From assembly GCA_030141605.1 (NCBI GenBank), contig JAQGDQ010000240.1, forward strand, positions 233,879-297,878: a stretch of DNA of 64,000 bases, read 5' to 3'. The translations under genes were made by a program, and so were the position numbers. Position 1 is the first letter of the stretch. Each line of letters begins with the position of its first letter. The notes beneath the pieces were generated by a model. That model saw nothing but the letters and a program-made list of their open reading frames with translations, did not search any database and was not told the origin of the DNA. This document shows positions 1 to 31,588 of the stretch, in pieces. Source of the DNA: Tubiluchus corallicola. Taxonomy: Eukaryota; Animalia; Priapulida.

Positions 1-1014
1 TTGTTATATTGCAACATTTTTTGTACTATGCCAGGTGTGTAAAAGAATCATATGGTCCATTTGCAAGCAATCTGCACAAAAGACACTTATGAAACATAAT
101 GTACTTTATCTGCTTAAAAAACGTTTCTTGAATTAATAGACAGGTAGTATAAAGTACCTTTAGAATAACAAATTAAGTCTGCACAGAAATGCAAGCAAAA
201 GAGTATCCTCAGAACTGTTCTAAATCTTACAAAAGTAAACTGAGCCTGTTTGTCATATTTTTTGTACCAAAGTTAATCCTTAGCAAACTTTGGTACTACT
301 ACCATATATAGAATCGAGGGCACGTTATTGTTGTCGTCATCTCTCTCATCAACAGATGCAAACATTAATTGTTCACTAGTTGCGCAAATCTTACTTGGTT
401 TTTGCAACTATAAAATACTTGCTGGGCATCACATGAAAACATTTTTCTTTGGTAGTTAACTCATCATTTTCTTTCAGCAATATTTGGTTCTGAGTTCTTT
501 AGGAATTAGCAGTTTGAGTCACGAGTTTGTTCCAAAAAGTCCTGACAACGAAAGACATTTACTTCTAAACATGCAGGTTGCATTAAACTTACATTACATA
601 TATTGCCAATGAAGAGTGTCATCTTTTTCAAATCAACAGACAACGAAAGATATGCACTGATACACTGTTTGCTGCCACAGTTTGCAGTGCTTTGGCAGTT
701 TGAAGATTAATTGTGCCATTAATTGTGCCAGCCCCTTACATATACTAAGTACACTGGAGCAGAATACCATGTGCTTATGAAACCAGGCAATGCAACTGCA
801 CAGAACTCTTTCACTAAATCACTCTTTACTTAGCCTGAACCTCTAAGTTAAAGAATAATTCTGCTACAACATTACATGTTCTGCAACATGTGTTGAACAT
901 GGACGCTCTCGCTCTTCTGTAATGATAGAAGTTCTCCTATCTTCTAACAAACGCATATGATTAATTGAATTGTTAATGTTGAGGTAAATTTCCTTGATAT
1001 TTTTGTGTTTTTAG

Positions 1015-5778
<4,764 letters not shown>

Positions 5779-6328
5779 AAGTCACATTTCACTGTGAACT
5801 ACGTGGTATAAGATTCTGTAAATAATTTATGCAGACGCTTTTAAATGTATGTGTTAAATGTATTTTTAGATAGATAAAAATTTGCAAAATCAAACATTTG
5901 AATATGAAGTATAGTTGTGGTATAATTCACGAATGTTTCAACAAAGAGTAGTCGTGAACAAAAGTTTCACAAACTATTCAGTTTTTTGCAAAATACACAA
6001 AAGTATATTTTGATCGCTCATGGGGCCAGTTTGCAATGTTTATTTAGCCTGTGCTAACAAGCAGTAATAGTCTAGCATAAAATGCTTATACAAATGCTTG
6101 CTATTTGCAGATGCTTTACGACCTCTTTATTGACATGATATCACTTAAAAAGCATTTTGGCTTGCTTTTTGACCTAATAAATTCTTAGGCCTCATAATGG
6201 TACGCAAAATTGTTGTAGCTTTGTTGCCATACAATAAATATGCTTCAACAGGGCTTTATGTAATCATTCTTTGCGGATAACAAATAACGTTTGTCAAATT
6301 ATCTCGATTAATCTAAGCTATGAGTGAG

Positions 6329-19666
<13,338 letters not shown>

Positions 19667-20105
19667 TTGTGGTTTTACTCCAATTCTAATACTAGGTTAT
19701 TTTGACAAAAAAGAATTAAACCTGAATTAACCGTAGTGACGAAAATTTATCAGGTGAATAAAAAATGCAACACTCTAGTTTCCGCACAGTTTGACTTACT
19801 TTTATAGTAAACCGACTAATTTAATATGCTCTTGAAAGAACACAGTAGCAAGGTTGATATAGGCATTGAACATTCGTTTGTTCATATTGAACATATTTAC
19901 TTTTTCCTATCTTAACAAACAACTGCATAAAACTCGTCTTTTAATTGAGAAATGTTCCCAAAAACCCGTTTGTAAAATCTTTCGTTAAACTTTAGACAGC
20001 TTTGCGAACGTGTCCGGTACTATTTGGCTATTTGCATGCTGCCCCTTTGTCATTGATTGATTGTTGTCGTGATGGTTACCATAGTTTCGCAAATAAGATT
20101 TTCAA

Positions 20106-20121
20106 TGCTGCCATCTACTGA
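20106..20121 (-). promoter_or_regulatory. CTCF-like binding motif upstream of CCDC13
   Basis: Minus strand reads TCAGTAGATGGCAGCA, close to the CTCF core CCA(G/C)(T/C)AG(A/G)(T/G)GGC(A/G); motif match only. Confidence 0.4.
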
Positions 20122-22248
20122 CGAGCAAAAGAAATTCACAACAGTGAGAAATTATACGGCCAAATTATCTTTCAATAATTTAGTGAAGCTGGTCTAGTAT
20201 CGTTAGTAGATTACACAGTAAACATATAGTGACTCTAATACGTATTTGGCATTGAGTACGCCAGCTCTCACTGCACTTTTTTAGTTTACTTATGTTATCC
20301 GAAGCTATTAAATTACTTCGGTGAAGAACTAATCACATGACAAAAGAAGTATTTCCGTACATTGATTCTGACACCAATCAGAATATGACAGATGCCAACG
20401 AAAACGTCAAGACATCAGTTGATCGCAGTATAGTATCATCATCCAAAATCTTGTATACATTTAAAAAAACATGTACTACCTCTTTGTTCTAGAGATGACA
20501 CAGTCACACAGGGTAAGCGAAGACAACATTTCTAAATTGCTTCAAGGCGTTGGACATAGGTAGAGACCATACACACAACAGCAGCATGTTCCAACAAAGA
20601 ATGGGCCAAACCTTACAGAGGCAAAATGACAAAAGAATCTCTGCTGATTACAGTTCGCTTTGTCATACCAATACATCTATTGGCTTTCCTTTCTAATTCA
20701 GCTTTATGAACATTATACATGTATTTTCAAACCATTCGACACAATCATTCATAGGTTTTTAAAGCTGGATTTCCTCAGACAATTTTATCAATAATTGCTA
20801 TCATTAGGACTAAAATGCCTTCTCATACGTAACACTTCAGCTCAGCTCAGAGCACTACAACAGTTAACGGCTGCAACACGGAAAGGTGCAAAAGCCACTT
20901 AACAGACCATATTTGAACAGTATAAAGGCCAAGCTGAAACACTGCACAGAAAATCCCACACTAACCCAGCCACATCACACCAGCAAAGTAAGCAGTTTAT
21001 AATGAATCCCATAAAAACCTCATAATGAACAGTGCAATCTAAATGCATCATGAATTATAATTTAGAAAACCCATATTCTGGTGTGGTGCATTGATGCTAG
21101 ATAATCAGCTCAAGAAGCTCAGTAATAATAATAATAATAACAATAACAAGCATTTTTTTATTTTAGTATTGCTATTCATCAAGTTGAATACAATATTCAA
21201 TAAAACTTACACCTGTCTATACAATGTAATATGAAAGATTTATACTATCACAGAGCACTGCAATAATTTAGCAACAAAATGAAAAGTTAAACACACAAGT
21301 AATACAAGTCATATCAAGTTAAAACAATATAGTCTCAGACAACTTTTTCCATGGTATTTCAATAAGCTATTTGTTGTCTAAACCGCAAAACAATCTTAGT
21401 ATCATTTGTCTAGTTTTTATATCTTCGACACTGATGAATAAGTGAACTAACAGTTTATCAAAAAAAATACCAGTTAGAAGTATGAGAATTTCAAAGCCAG
21501 AGTAAATGTCACGATGTAATTTATGTTTTATGAGATATAAATATTCATGGCATTTTCAGTCAAAAACAAGCGTACCTTCTCATCATTAATTCTCTAATTT
21601 TGTTTTATGACTCCCACTTTGTACAGTCATTGTGTCATACATTTATCATAATTACAAGATTTATTCTTATAACATGGTATGTGAACACTTTCAAGACATT
21701 ACATTTTACCGTGCTGTTCATTGTCATTAAATGACTGACATAACTTTCATTAATATTTTACTTATGACCAGCACATATATTCTCACATCAATTCTGGCAT
21801 ATGTATAATTAAATAATGTGCCAAGCACAATTTTTTTTTGCCTTTTCATTTTTACATTTTTATCATAGCGTACCAGCTGTCACCTTTTTCCATCTTTTGA
21901 AAAACACAGACTTATGCAAACACAGTCACTCTTATGTAAATATGCAAATTCACACATTCTCACTTTTCTTACAGCAATCAAGAAAATGAAATCAGCACAA
22001 ATTCTAGATCTTTTTTTGCAGTTTAACTAAAAATTTAGCTTGACAGTTTAGCATACATGCACGTTATTTTATACATAAAAAGTCTACATTCAAAATTTAC
22101 ATACTCCCAAACAATAGTACGGTATTCAACAATAAACAAATATTATCGTGATATAAAAATATAAAATAGCAGGCCTTTTATTTAGTACGTGTTACAAAAC
22201 ATAATAAAATGTACTGAATATGTTGCAGCTACAATTTGCCAACTTTTA

Positions 22249-25200
22249 CTAAACTTTTGGTTCACCGGCAACAATTTCACTTTCTATTCCGCATTCATCT
22301 TTGCCACGTAAAATTTTGAAAAATCCTGCAAAAACAAAACTTAGTAAAATCACCCATAAGCTCGATAAGAGGCTTAGTACAATACCTTAACAGCACAATC
22401 TACAGATCAACGTGACACTTAGCCGATTCGAGAAAAAAATATGATAAACAATGTACAAGACAAATAAACCGATTTCTGTCACCGATTTGATGATGGCCAT
22501 TTTTATTCAACTTAAGAGTCTTACAATCCTAGTGTGTAACTTAAACGTGCCTCACTTTATATTGTAACAAAGTTTACTCTATAATACCATTAGAGGCAAC
22601 TGTTCTATAAAGTTGGAAAGTCTCAGCATAATACTATAATACATTGACACTTATCTGCAGCGGTTACAGGTTATAGTTTTAGTGTTTTTTTTTAGTTGTG
22701 GCCAAAAAACTTTTGCATGTTAAAACTTTAAATGGCAGAACAATGTCAGCTAATAATCAATTGAAACAAAAATTGGAACAAAAGGTGAGTACTACAGCTT
22801 ACGCATTATAGTTAAATCTCTACCAATAACCAAAGCCGCAGGTTTTATACTATTGACAAAAGATGTCATGAGTTCATAACAACATTCCAAAAATATTATA
22901 TTACATGTATTGTTACCCTACTTATAGAATAAATTCTAAAAGTTTACCATGATCACCCCAGTCTTTGTTCCATGAATTAGCAACCAGCCAGTAAGGTGTT
23001 CCATTCTCCACACCCCAGCCCATGATTTTTATAGCATGTCCTCCCATTGCAGCACCACTTACGTGCTGGTAAACACCTATAAAAATGAATTTTATTAAGA
23101 AGATTTTATTATTCCACAATGCTAGCAATCCAGAACATACTTGCAAAAATTGAAATTTTGCAAAATCAAGCAAACATAACAACAATCTTTACCAATACAA
23201 CAGTTTGCATTAAATTTCAACATGACCTTCTCTAGTGAACAAAAAGTCTAATTCGACAAATGTGGCTCAACATCGTAAGCTCTTTCCAAAGATGTAAGGG
23301 AAATTATTTGTTAAAGTTCAATCAGTGTTTGCCAAACTACAGCTCCTCTGGGCGCACTCACACCATAATTTCTTGATGTTGAGGACTAGCTAACAGAATT
23401 ACTGACACAATATTTCAGTCCTTTATTAATATGTCAATATACTTGAATGCTTCACAGAGAAATAGCGAACAACATTTTTAAAGTCTTTCATGTAAACAGC
23501 TGCATATAATGAAAGTACAGCTTAAACCACCTGGCATGAAAAGTGAGTACTAAAACAACTATAGCTAAACATGTTGTAACTCACTAACTATGCATGTTAC
23601 ATCTAATTTTCAAGTAGGCTGCAAACTTTACAAGTGTGTTATACTAGCTGACACTCTAGTCATGTTAACGATACCGATACGTATTGATAAAATTTGTTTT
23701 CATCATTATCATATTGAATATAGCACGTATCGTTGGTTATTGGTTACCTTTATAAAATCACTTAACTTTTCTTTTTCACTTTTTTACGAAAATTATGCGA
23801 AGAGGATACAAAGAATTATTTAAAATTATAAGCTTGTCAGATGCCAAATCATTTTTTTGTACTGTCATCTGGCAAAAACAGCTATCTTAGAGACACCTTT
23901 ATACACTTTGATATTGACACCTGGTCAAATGCACTTTACCATATGTTTAGTGTCACTTCCATTCATGTGCAGCTCGCGTAGATAAATATTTTTATAGAGT
24001 AATTTGTTTATCTGTCGTAGCTTATTTATTTCTGAATCATGATGACAAACAAACTCGTGTTTCATAACTAGCAGCCAATTAAGTATACAGCACTAAACGC
24101 ACTTAATGATTTTAATTATAAATGATACTTTTCCCGTTGTCGCATAAATTGTTTAACTTCAATTTATTTTTATTGTTCGAAAATTATAAGCTTGCCAGAT
24201 GCCAAATCATTTTTTTGTACTGTCATCTGGCAAAAACAGCTATCTTTTCTCTGAACAATACTGACAAAGTATAGAGACACCTTTATACACTTTGATATTG
24301 ACACCTGGTCAAATGCACTTTACCATATGTTTAGTGTCACTTCCATTCATGTGTAGCTCGCGTAGATAAATATTTTTATAGAGTAACTTGTTTATCTGTC
24401 GTAGCTTATTTATTTCTGAATCATGATGACAAACAAACTCGTGTTTCATAACTAGCAGCCAATTGAGTATACAGCACTAAACGCACTTAATGATTTTAAT
24501 TATAAATGATACTTTTCCCGTTGTCGCATAAATTGTTTAACTTCAATTTATTTTTATTGTTCGAAATAATTTATCGTATCGTATTGTATTGTCTAAAAAT
24601 AGTTTATCAACATCGTATTGTCATACTTTATCGTTATTGTATCATCGTACTGTATGAATGGGTAGACCGTGTTGAAATGGGTCAAGCCAATCCCTAGGGA
24701 ACAGAAAACCCTTGAAGTTGAAACATTTGGAATTCAGAAGATTCAAAGGCACTGCTGTTTTATTTTATAAAGCATATGCATTTATTCATCGATTTTAAAA
24801 AGTAGTATTTTATGCTCAAAAAGATTTAAATGTCTTATAACCACTGAACACACAGAATGATTATTAAAAAAATACAAAAAAAGAAAATTATACGACACAC
24901 AGAATGATTATTAAAAAAATACAAAAAAAGAAAATTATACGGCTAATAAATTAAGGGACTAGCTTATTTGCAATTTTATACTAGGTCTAAACTGTCGGAT
25001 GTTTGTTTAACTCAAATAAAAAATCATCTGCTCATTTAAACTAGTGCAAATGCACAAAAATATGCAAAAACATGCAAAATAATAAAATAAATACAAACCA
25101 CTCTTATATGTTGGAAAATCTGCATAAACTGTGAAAGCACCTTCCACCGGACCATGTTTCATAAGTTCAGTTTGTATTTGTTCCACATCAGACGAAATAG

Positions 25201-28200
25201 AGTGAGACGATTTACCTGAAATCAGTTAGCATTATGATTAAAAGCTAATATTCAGGTAGGTCTGACAGTCATGTTAAAGCAGCCATTAGCATCCTTTTTA
25301 TACGCAATAATTAGTAAAATTATTTAGTAACTTCTGGAAACATATTTCTGTCTTTTGGCTTGCAACAGTTTAAACTAACTAGGGCCTAAACTGAAAAACA
25401 GAAAATGAATGTAAATTTGATAAAAGCTGTTTTCAATTTTGATATATCATATAAGTCCGCAAAAAGGAATTTTAATAATAACATATTTCTTAATATAATG
25501 AGAGAATTCTTATTATAAGAATTGTAATTCTTATTATAAGATAATCCAAAATAAAATGTAAATTTATATCCTTTTTTAGGAAAAATCTGCAAGAAAAGTT
25601 ATAAGGTGTTCTTTTCTGTTTAAAATCAAGTAAAAACATTTAATTTTAGAACTTTTGCAAACGCTCATAAATAGCAAACTAGCACTTGCCTGTAAGAAAT
25701 TGTGTTATGAATTAACAGAAAATTAATATTAGGACCCGGCTTTAAATGTCTAAGAGACTATAACAATACTACACGAATAATTACTAATATCCTGCAATTG
25801 CATCACTCACATGGATCTTGGCTACGAAAATTCCAAAAAACAGAAAGAATGTAATAAATCTTTAATTTCGTGCATCAAAGATGATACATAAATGTGCAAA
25901 CTATTGAGCAAACTATGAGGAATCGTTAATCGTATAATCATGCAATAATTAACTGTAGCTACCATAGTGTGTATCTTCTTTATATGTTTCCGGAAATCCT
26001 TTCTCACATTTCTGCACGCACTTTGGTGTTTTGACTATGTCTCCACATGGTGGCCGTGTTCCATTCACATGGTGCTCACACTGCGCTATGGAATATGGCC
26101 GACAACCTTGATGTGAATCATACTGGCCACCACTGACCAAACCCTCTCGTGTCCAATAGTTCCATGCACCACCAGGAAATCCACCATTACATCTGCATAA
26201 GAAAAATAAGTCTGCTGGGTGTATGTAGAGATGTTAGCAGTTAATCAACCTCAAATAAAAGCTGACCACATATTTGAGTCAAGCCAACATGCAGCTTCAA
26301 AATTTGTAATCATATGCATAAAGACAAAATCAACTTTGTTGCAAAGTGCGCAAACCTGCACTACACAAATACTACACACAAACATACAGCATTGCAGAAG
26401 CAACATTTTTTCGTTAATTGTGTGCATTTTTGCCAATGTTGACTCAAAAAGGACATACTCGATAGTCGGTATATAATAACCGAATTTAGCTGAAATAAAT
26501 AAGCATTTAAGCAACCAAGTACGTAGTTTGCAGCTGATGTAGTTGACAACTGAAAAAACAACTGAAGTCCATGGTGAATATTATTCATAATACTTACTTA
26601 CCCCATACCACATAACATGCAGCATGACAGCAAGTCTTCAGCAGATATATGGACATTGACTTTTCCACCTGATGCAATGCAATATCGATCAGACATAGCT
26701 TCTACTGCACCAAATGCCTATAAAAAATAAGCAAAATAACAATCACAGTGCCCTTTTCCAGGCCAAAATGTAATCAGTGAAAGACAGCAATAGCATATAG
26801 CTTTAATACAACCACATACGAGCAACGACACTCTAAGGATGCAAAATATGTTTTGTATTTCGATGCATGAAATGCTGCAATAAACAACATGCTAATGACC
26901 ACCAAAATTCTTCACAAGAAAAGAAGTATCACTTCGGGTAGATTTAATTATATTCAAGACATCCTAAAAGTTCATCATTTAATAAGTCATATTTAAATCC
27001 AATTTTAGGGGTGTCATTTCCCGAAACTGACGTATGACTAAAAATGACACAAGGATAGCTATTGATGGATGTGTATGCCAGTTCATGAAAAATGTTTCAT
27101 TTTTATGTCTTTATTATATTACTTTTTGAAAAATGTAAGATAGTAATACTATCATTATATTAGATAGTCACAATAGTAGTATACATTAACTGTTTGCTAT
27201 GTGGATGGTATTTTGTCTATGTTTGATCTCACAAGGTCCAGTCATTAGCACAATTACATAAAATAAATTAAGTTATTTATAGAAAAAAATTTTAAGTTAG
27301 GTCTGAAGCAAAAAAAATCTTGTCTGGAACTATATGCTACAAATCAGTCCAAAGCAAAATTACTAGACCGTATTTTTTGACATTTACAGTTGATTTGTTA
27401 AGGATATTCAGATGCCTAAGCTAAACTTGGCCTTTTTTAAGAACAAAAAACCTGATTTATGCTGCAATAAATAATACTACAAACAGTTTATAAATACAAT
27501 TTTAGTGCATAGCGTAAATAGGAAGAAAGAGGCATGTAATATTCAAAGTATTTGAAATTGTAAATCATTCTTAGAGTAAACTGACCTTTTCACTTCTAAA
27601 ACAATTTATAGCAACAGGAAATGCCACACATAACTACTTAGCTGCTCATAGTACGTTGTTAACTCTAAGAAGACCTTCTGAACATGATTAAACTCCGCTG
27701 GCTGCCCTAAAAGTATGCACGTGTGAACTGTCTTCTGATTGAAAGCTTGTACAAGCCAGCAGGGTTGTTTGTTTCTTATACGTATATAAACAAATATAAT
27801 TTGCACAATTATATATTACAGTGTACTCAGCTTAATAAATCCACCTTTCATATTCCCAAAGCTAAATAAATTCATTGAGCAGCTGGATTTATAAACCAAA
27901 GCGACATATTAAGTAGCGTTTCCTATGTTAAAACATTGAGTATTGTTTCTTCATGAGGCCAAGACTCTTAATACTCAGTAAACTGCTTGTGAAAAGTTTT
28001 TGAGTAAAGTGAAATAATTTAATAACGTTCATGTAAGTAAAGTAACTCACGTAAAATGTGTATGCTTTATCTATGATCCATTACCCTTTATATGAGATAA
28101 GCTCTTTTCTAGTTAAAATTCGGCATTCATTTATTTGAGTCATTAACGTTCTCTCGCATAAGTGTTTACAGCAAGAATTAGCGATATTAGTTTAACCCAA

Positions 28201-31200
28201 TTATGTATGAAAAACGAGTAAGCAAAACCACAAATGCATTAGACATGTGCAGTGTGGTCTGTTGATACAGTAATTTCCGCTTCATCGTAGTTGTCCGTGT
28301 ATCTTGTTCTTGAGGGTCATTAAGTGAAAAAATAACGAACTTCTAAAATGTGTTTAGAACAGTTGTGGGTGCTAGCGACATTTAGTTAACATTTGTGAAA
28401 TCTTTTTAGTTCCATCTTCTTTAACTTTGTTATACATTACAGCCAATCATATATTAGAAGCCAACTTTAGGTATAGTCACATAACTTTCAATACCTGTTC
28501 TACTTGTTCATACTTACACGTATACATGGATTATAACTTTTTCTTACTGTCGTAGTTCTCGTGAACTGACTAAATACTGTTTTGTTATCCAGGATGCCAT
28601 TTAATAACCAAATTGTAAGTTCTTTTGGATATTTTACTTGGGCGCATCCTCAACAATGATCTAGGCTCAAAATAAAATGTGGGACAATTGTGCGGTCTCA
28701 TGTCACAATCTTGTTGTCTTCCCAGCGTGCAAGATGGATTTATAAAGCGAAGTTTGGATTTAATAAATGGTGGATTGTACTAGGTGAAAGTGTCATACAA
28801 TTCCGTTCCAGCAATAGTGGCCACAATAAGTGGCTGGAAATATTATAGGGCAGTGAATTTATTAAGTGGATTTTGCTGTACATAGTTTGCACAATTACTA
28901 CATAAAAAGTACAGTACCATAAACATTTGTGCAGCCTGCATCAATATAAACTCCATGCACTGCCTGTTTTAACAATAATCATGTAGATACTAGATAACGG
29001 TACTACTAATACAGCTAGCACAAACAATTGTAAACTGGATCCTTCATGTGCACATAAAGGAAATGGGTGGATCTGATCACTATCAGCCTAAGGCGTAGTA
29101 ATGTCTTAATATGCCCCTCTTCAGGCTGCTAAACTTAATGTGCAGCCGAGTCATAAAAAACAAAAGAAAATACCAGTGGTTTTAGCGTCAGGCACATAGA
29201 ATTGTCAAATTTAATAGGAATTTTTTATTAAAAGTATAACAGATAAAAACAGTTCTTACCCAACAAGAACCACATGATCCTTGATCTCGAATTTCCTTTA
29301 GCGTGGGACAGTTAGGCCATTGCTCCCGAGGATCAAAGTTTTTTGGGATATCTTTTGGAACAACCTGGAATTTGCAAAAAAATCGAAATATAAACCGTAC
29401 CAGTAGTAAAGGTGAGACCTAGCTTGGTGGTCACCAGCATTTGACACACAATACACAAATGACTGCTATTCAATACATGAACGGAAAGAATAAAATTTTA
29501 CGTACTCAGAATGAAACAAAGGAAATTTTGAAAAACTACCGATATTACACAAAAACCAACAGTGACGAAGACTTGTATAGTGTATTAAATAGTTGATAAT
29601 AATTAAAATTACAATATTTTCTACCGACACTACTGACTGCAAAACATCATAACGGAAACGTGGTGCCAATTGGCGACTAAACAAACCGCAAGTGGAGTCT
29701 AGTGAAGACATACAGGCATAATATTCTAGAAATGAGACTGCAAAAACCAGCAACCTTTCAATAAATGCCGATGCAATAATTACGGGGAAAAGATTCAGTG
29801 TCAAATTATTAACTCACATATACAGTTTGTGGTTCTGCTTGTTAGGCATTTGTCAAGCCAATTACCCAATAAGTGAAAGATTATTAGATCTAAACTGACA
29901 CTTGTAGTATAACTATTTTTCCCAGAAAATGTAAAATAACAAGGATGCATTTGCTAATACATATAATAAAAAAATTAAAATTGCCTGGTAATCTTTTCAC
30001 AGATATTTGCAAAAATATAAAATGTAAATGTTCTTTTTTAAGAACAAGTATCTAACAACAGGTCGAAATTGTTAATAGAAAGAAACAGCTACCTAAGCCA
30101 AATACAATCAGCAGCCTACACTTGCTGATATACCAAAGTAGATGTGGATACATGTACATCCCTAAGAAAGTAGATGACACTACATGTAGATGCTGCAAGT
30201 GCAAATGTAGATTAAAGCTAGATGAAATAATATTTTAAACACAGTTACTTACAGTGTTTGGTAAGGGATGGAAGTTAAACAGTAAGTATGGCTGTCAGCC
30301 AAAAAATGCAGGGCAATTTCATGAGCCTAAATGGTGATTTGTCATGATAAGAAAAGGCATCTATACATCTGAATACGGCCCCATCTCTGCATGTTCATTT
30401 TCTCATTTTAGACGATCATGCTTGACAATGATGATGCCTTTTCTTATCATGACAAATCACCATTTAGGCTCATGAAATTGCCCTGCATTTTTTGGCTGAC
30501 AGCCATACTTACTGTTTAACTTCCATCCCTTACCAAACACTGTAAGTAACTGTGTTTAAAACATTATTTCATCTAGCTTTAATCTTAGATGCCAAATTAA
30601 GGCATGCAGTGAGCTCACTGCGCTGGCATTCATTAAATAATGCACATATAAATGCAATGCCACACTAAAGTACACAAGCGATGCAAGCTATATCTGACAC
30701 TCACAGAATGTAATTTTAGGGATGGTCGCCAACCACCTGGAATGACTCCTAGCAAACCTTTGACTTGATGAACTGTGCGGCCTTCAAAGCTACGTCCAGC
30801 CTGTAGAAAATTACAAATAAATAATAGTAAGTGGTAGTATATCATTGTCATCATAGCATTAATAACCACTGTACCATTTGCTTAATCCAACAAAATTATT
30901 GATAATCACAGAAACAAGAAAGCTAAATCGACTTGTAATAAATGCTGCTAAAAGTAAAAAACGCCAGGTAAAAACACTTAAACAACATTTAAAACTAAAC
31001 AGCACCCAATCTGTTCCTCTACAAAGGAAGTGACTGCAATCTGGATGACAATTTTCTTTTTAACAAATAATTTTACTTAGTGCCACATAACAGTCTTACT
31101 ATCAAACTTAAATGAGAACAATACAGTGTATAAATAAGAGTACATTTATGTTAAGAATCAACGTTGTTTCACAAATTTTTTTGTAAGAATTTTATAAACA

Positions 31201-31588
31201 AATGTCGAACATAAGACTAAGTTGCATCCCGTGCAACAAACCACTTCGTCTTGATTTATATCCAGTGGAAGTGTTATTTTGTTAACCCGAAACGTCACTC
31301 TGAAATTTTAGCTAGCTACAATATGCTTATTCAACTAAAGCTGTGTGTTACTTCTGCTACTGATAATGCACTTCTCTATTTCTAAATGTAATTAATACAC
31401 AATCTAATTAAATAAACGCGTAACAAAAAATAAAGTTAACAGTGGTGTACCTTCCAAGTCGTATTCAGTTTGTTGACGTAATTGATGATCTCATCAGACA
31501 GTGGCTGGTGGTTTGGAAAAAACTTAAGGGCAGCCAAAGAGTCGCTTGTATAAGTCAGCAAAATCAGAACAAAAGATTGTAAAAGCAT
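22249..31588 (-). CDS. CTSB: Cathepsin B (papain family C1A lysosomal cysteine protease) preproprotein
   Basis: Exons in transcript order: 31451-31588, 30705-30800, 29260-29364, 26602-26717, 25963-26192, 25099-25215, 22948-23076, 22249-22325 (TAG). Signal peptide [11 protein letters not shown]..., propeptide [51 protein letters not shown] (catalytic Cys), CNGGFP, occluding loop [23 protein letters not shown] (His), [13 protein letters not shown] (Asn), [25 protein letters not shown]. Confidence 0.97.
23823..24564. repeat. Recent direct tandem duplication (358-bp and 384-bp copies) in a cathepsin B intron
   Basis: Copy 1 at 23823-24180, copy 2 at 24181-24564. Near-identical apart from a few substitutions and a 26-bp segment (tttctctgaacaatactgacaaagta) present only in copy 2. 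Confidence 0.95.
24848..24941. repeat. Perfect 47-bp tandem duplication
   Basis: acacacagaatgattattaaaaaaatacaaaaaaagaaaattatacg occurs twice head to tail. Confidence 0.92.
27819..28878. mobile_element. Possible TA-flanked non-autonomous DNA transposon (~1.06 kb)
   Basis: Left end TA-CAGTGTACTCAGCTTAATAAATCCAC versus right end (reverse complement) TA-CAGCAAAATCCACTTAATAAATTCAC; TGGATTTATAAA subterminal repeats near both ends. Confidence 0.45.
30209..30585. repeat. Long inverted repeat: 153-bp arms (30209-30361 / 30433-30585), 71-bp spacer
   Basis: Base-by-base comparison shows the arms are exact reverse complements except at one position (30232 A versus 30562 C). Confidence 0.96.

Noticed and set aside
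19800-20055. Possible additional 5' coding exons of CCDC13
   Set aside because: A donor exists at 19799, but I could not build an open frame into the 19544 exon; probably 5'UTR, left unresolved.
31262-31300. Degenerate ...AACCCGAAACGTC hammerhead/Penelope-like word
   Set aside because: The CUGANGA box is not intact, so it is too degraded to call.
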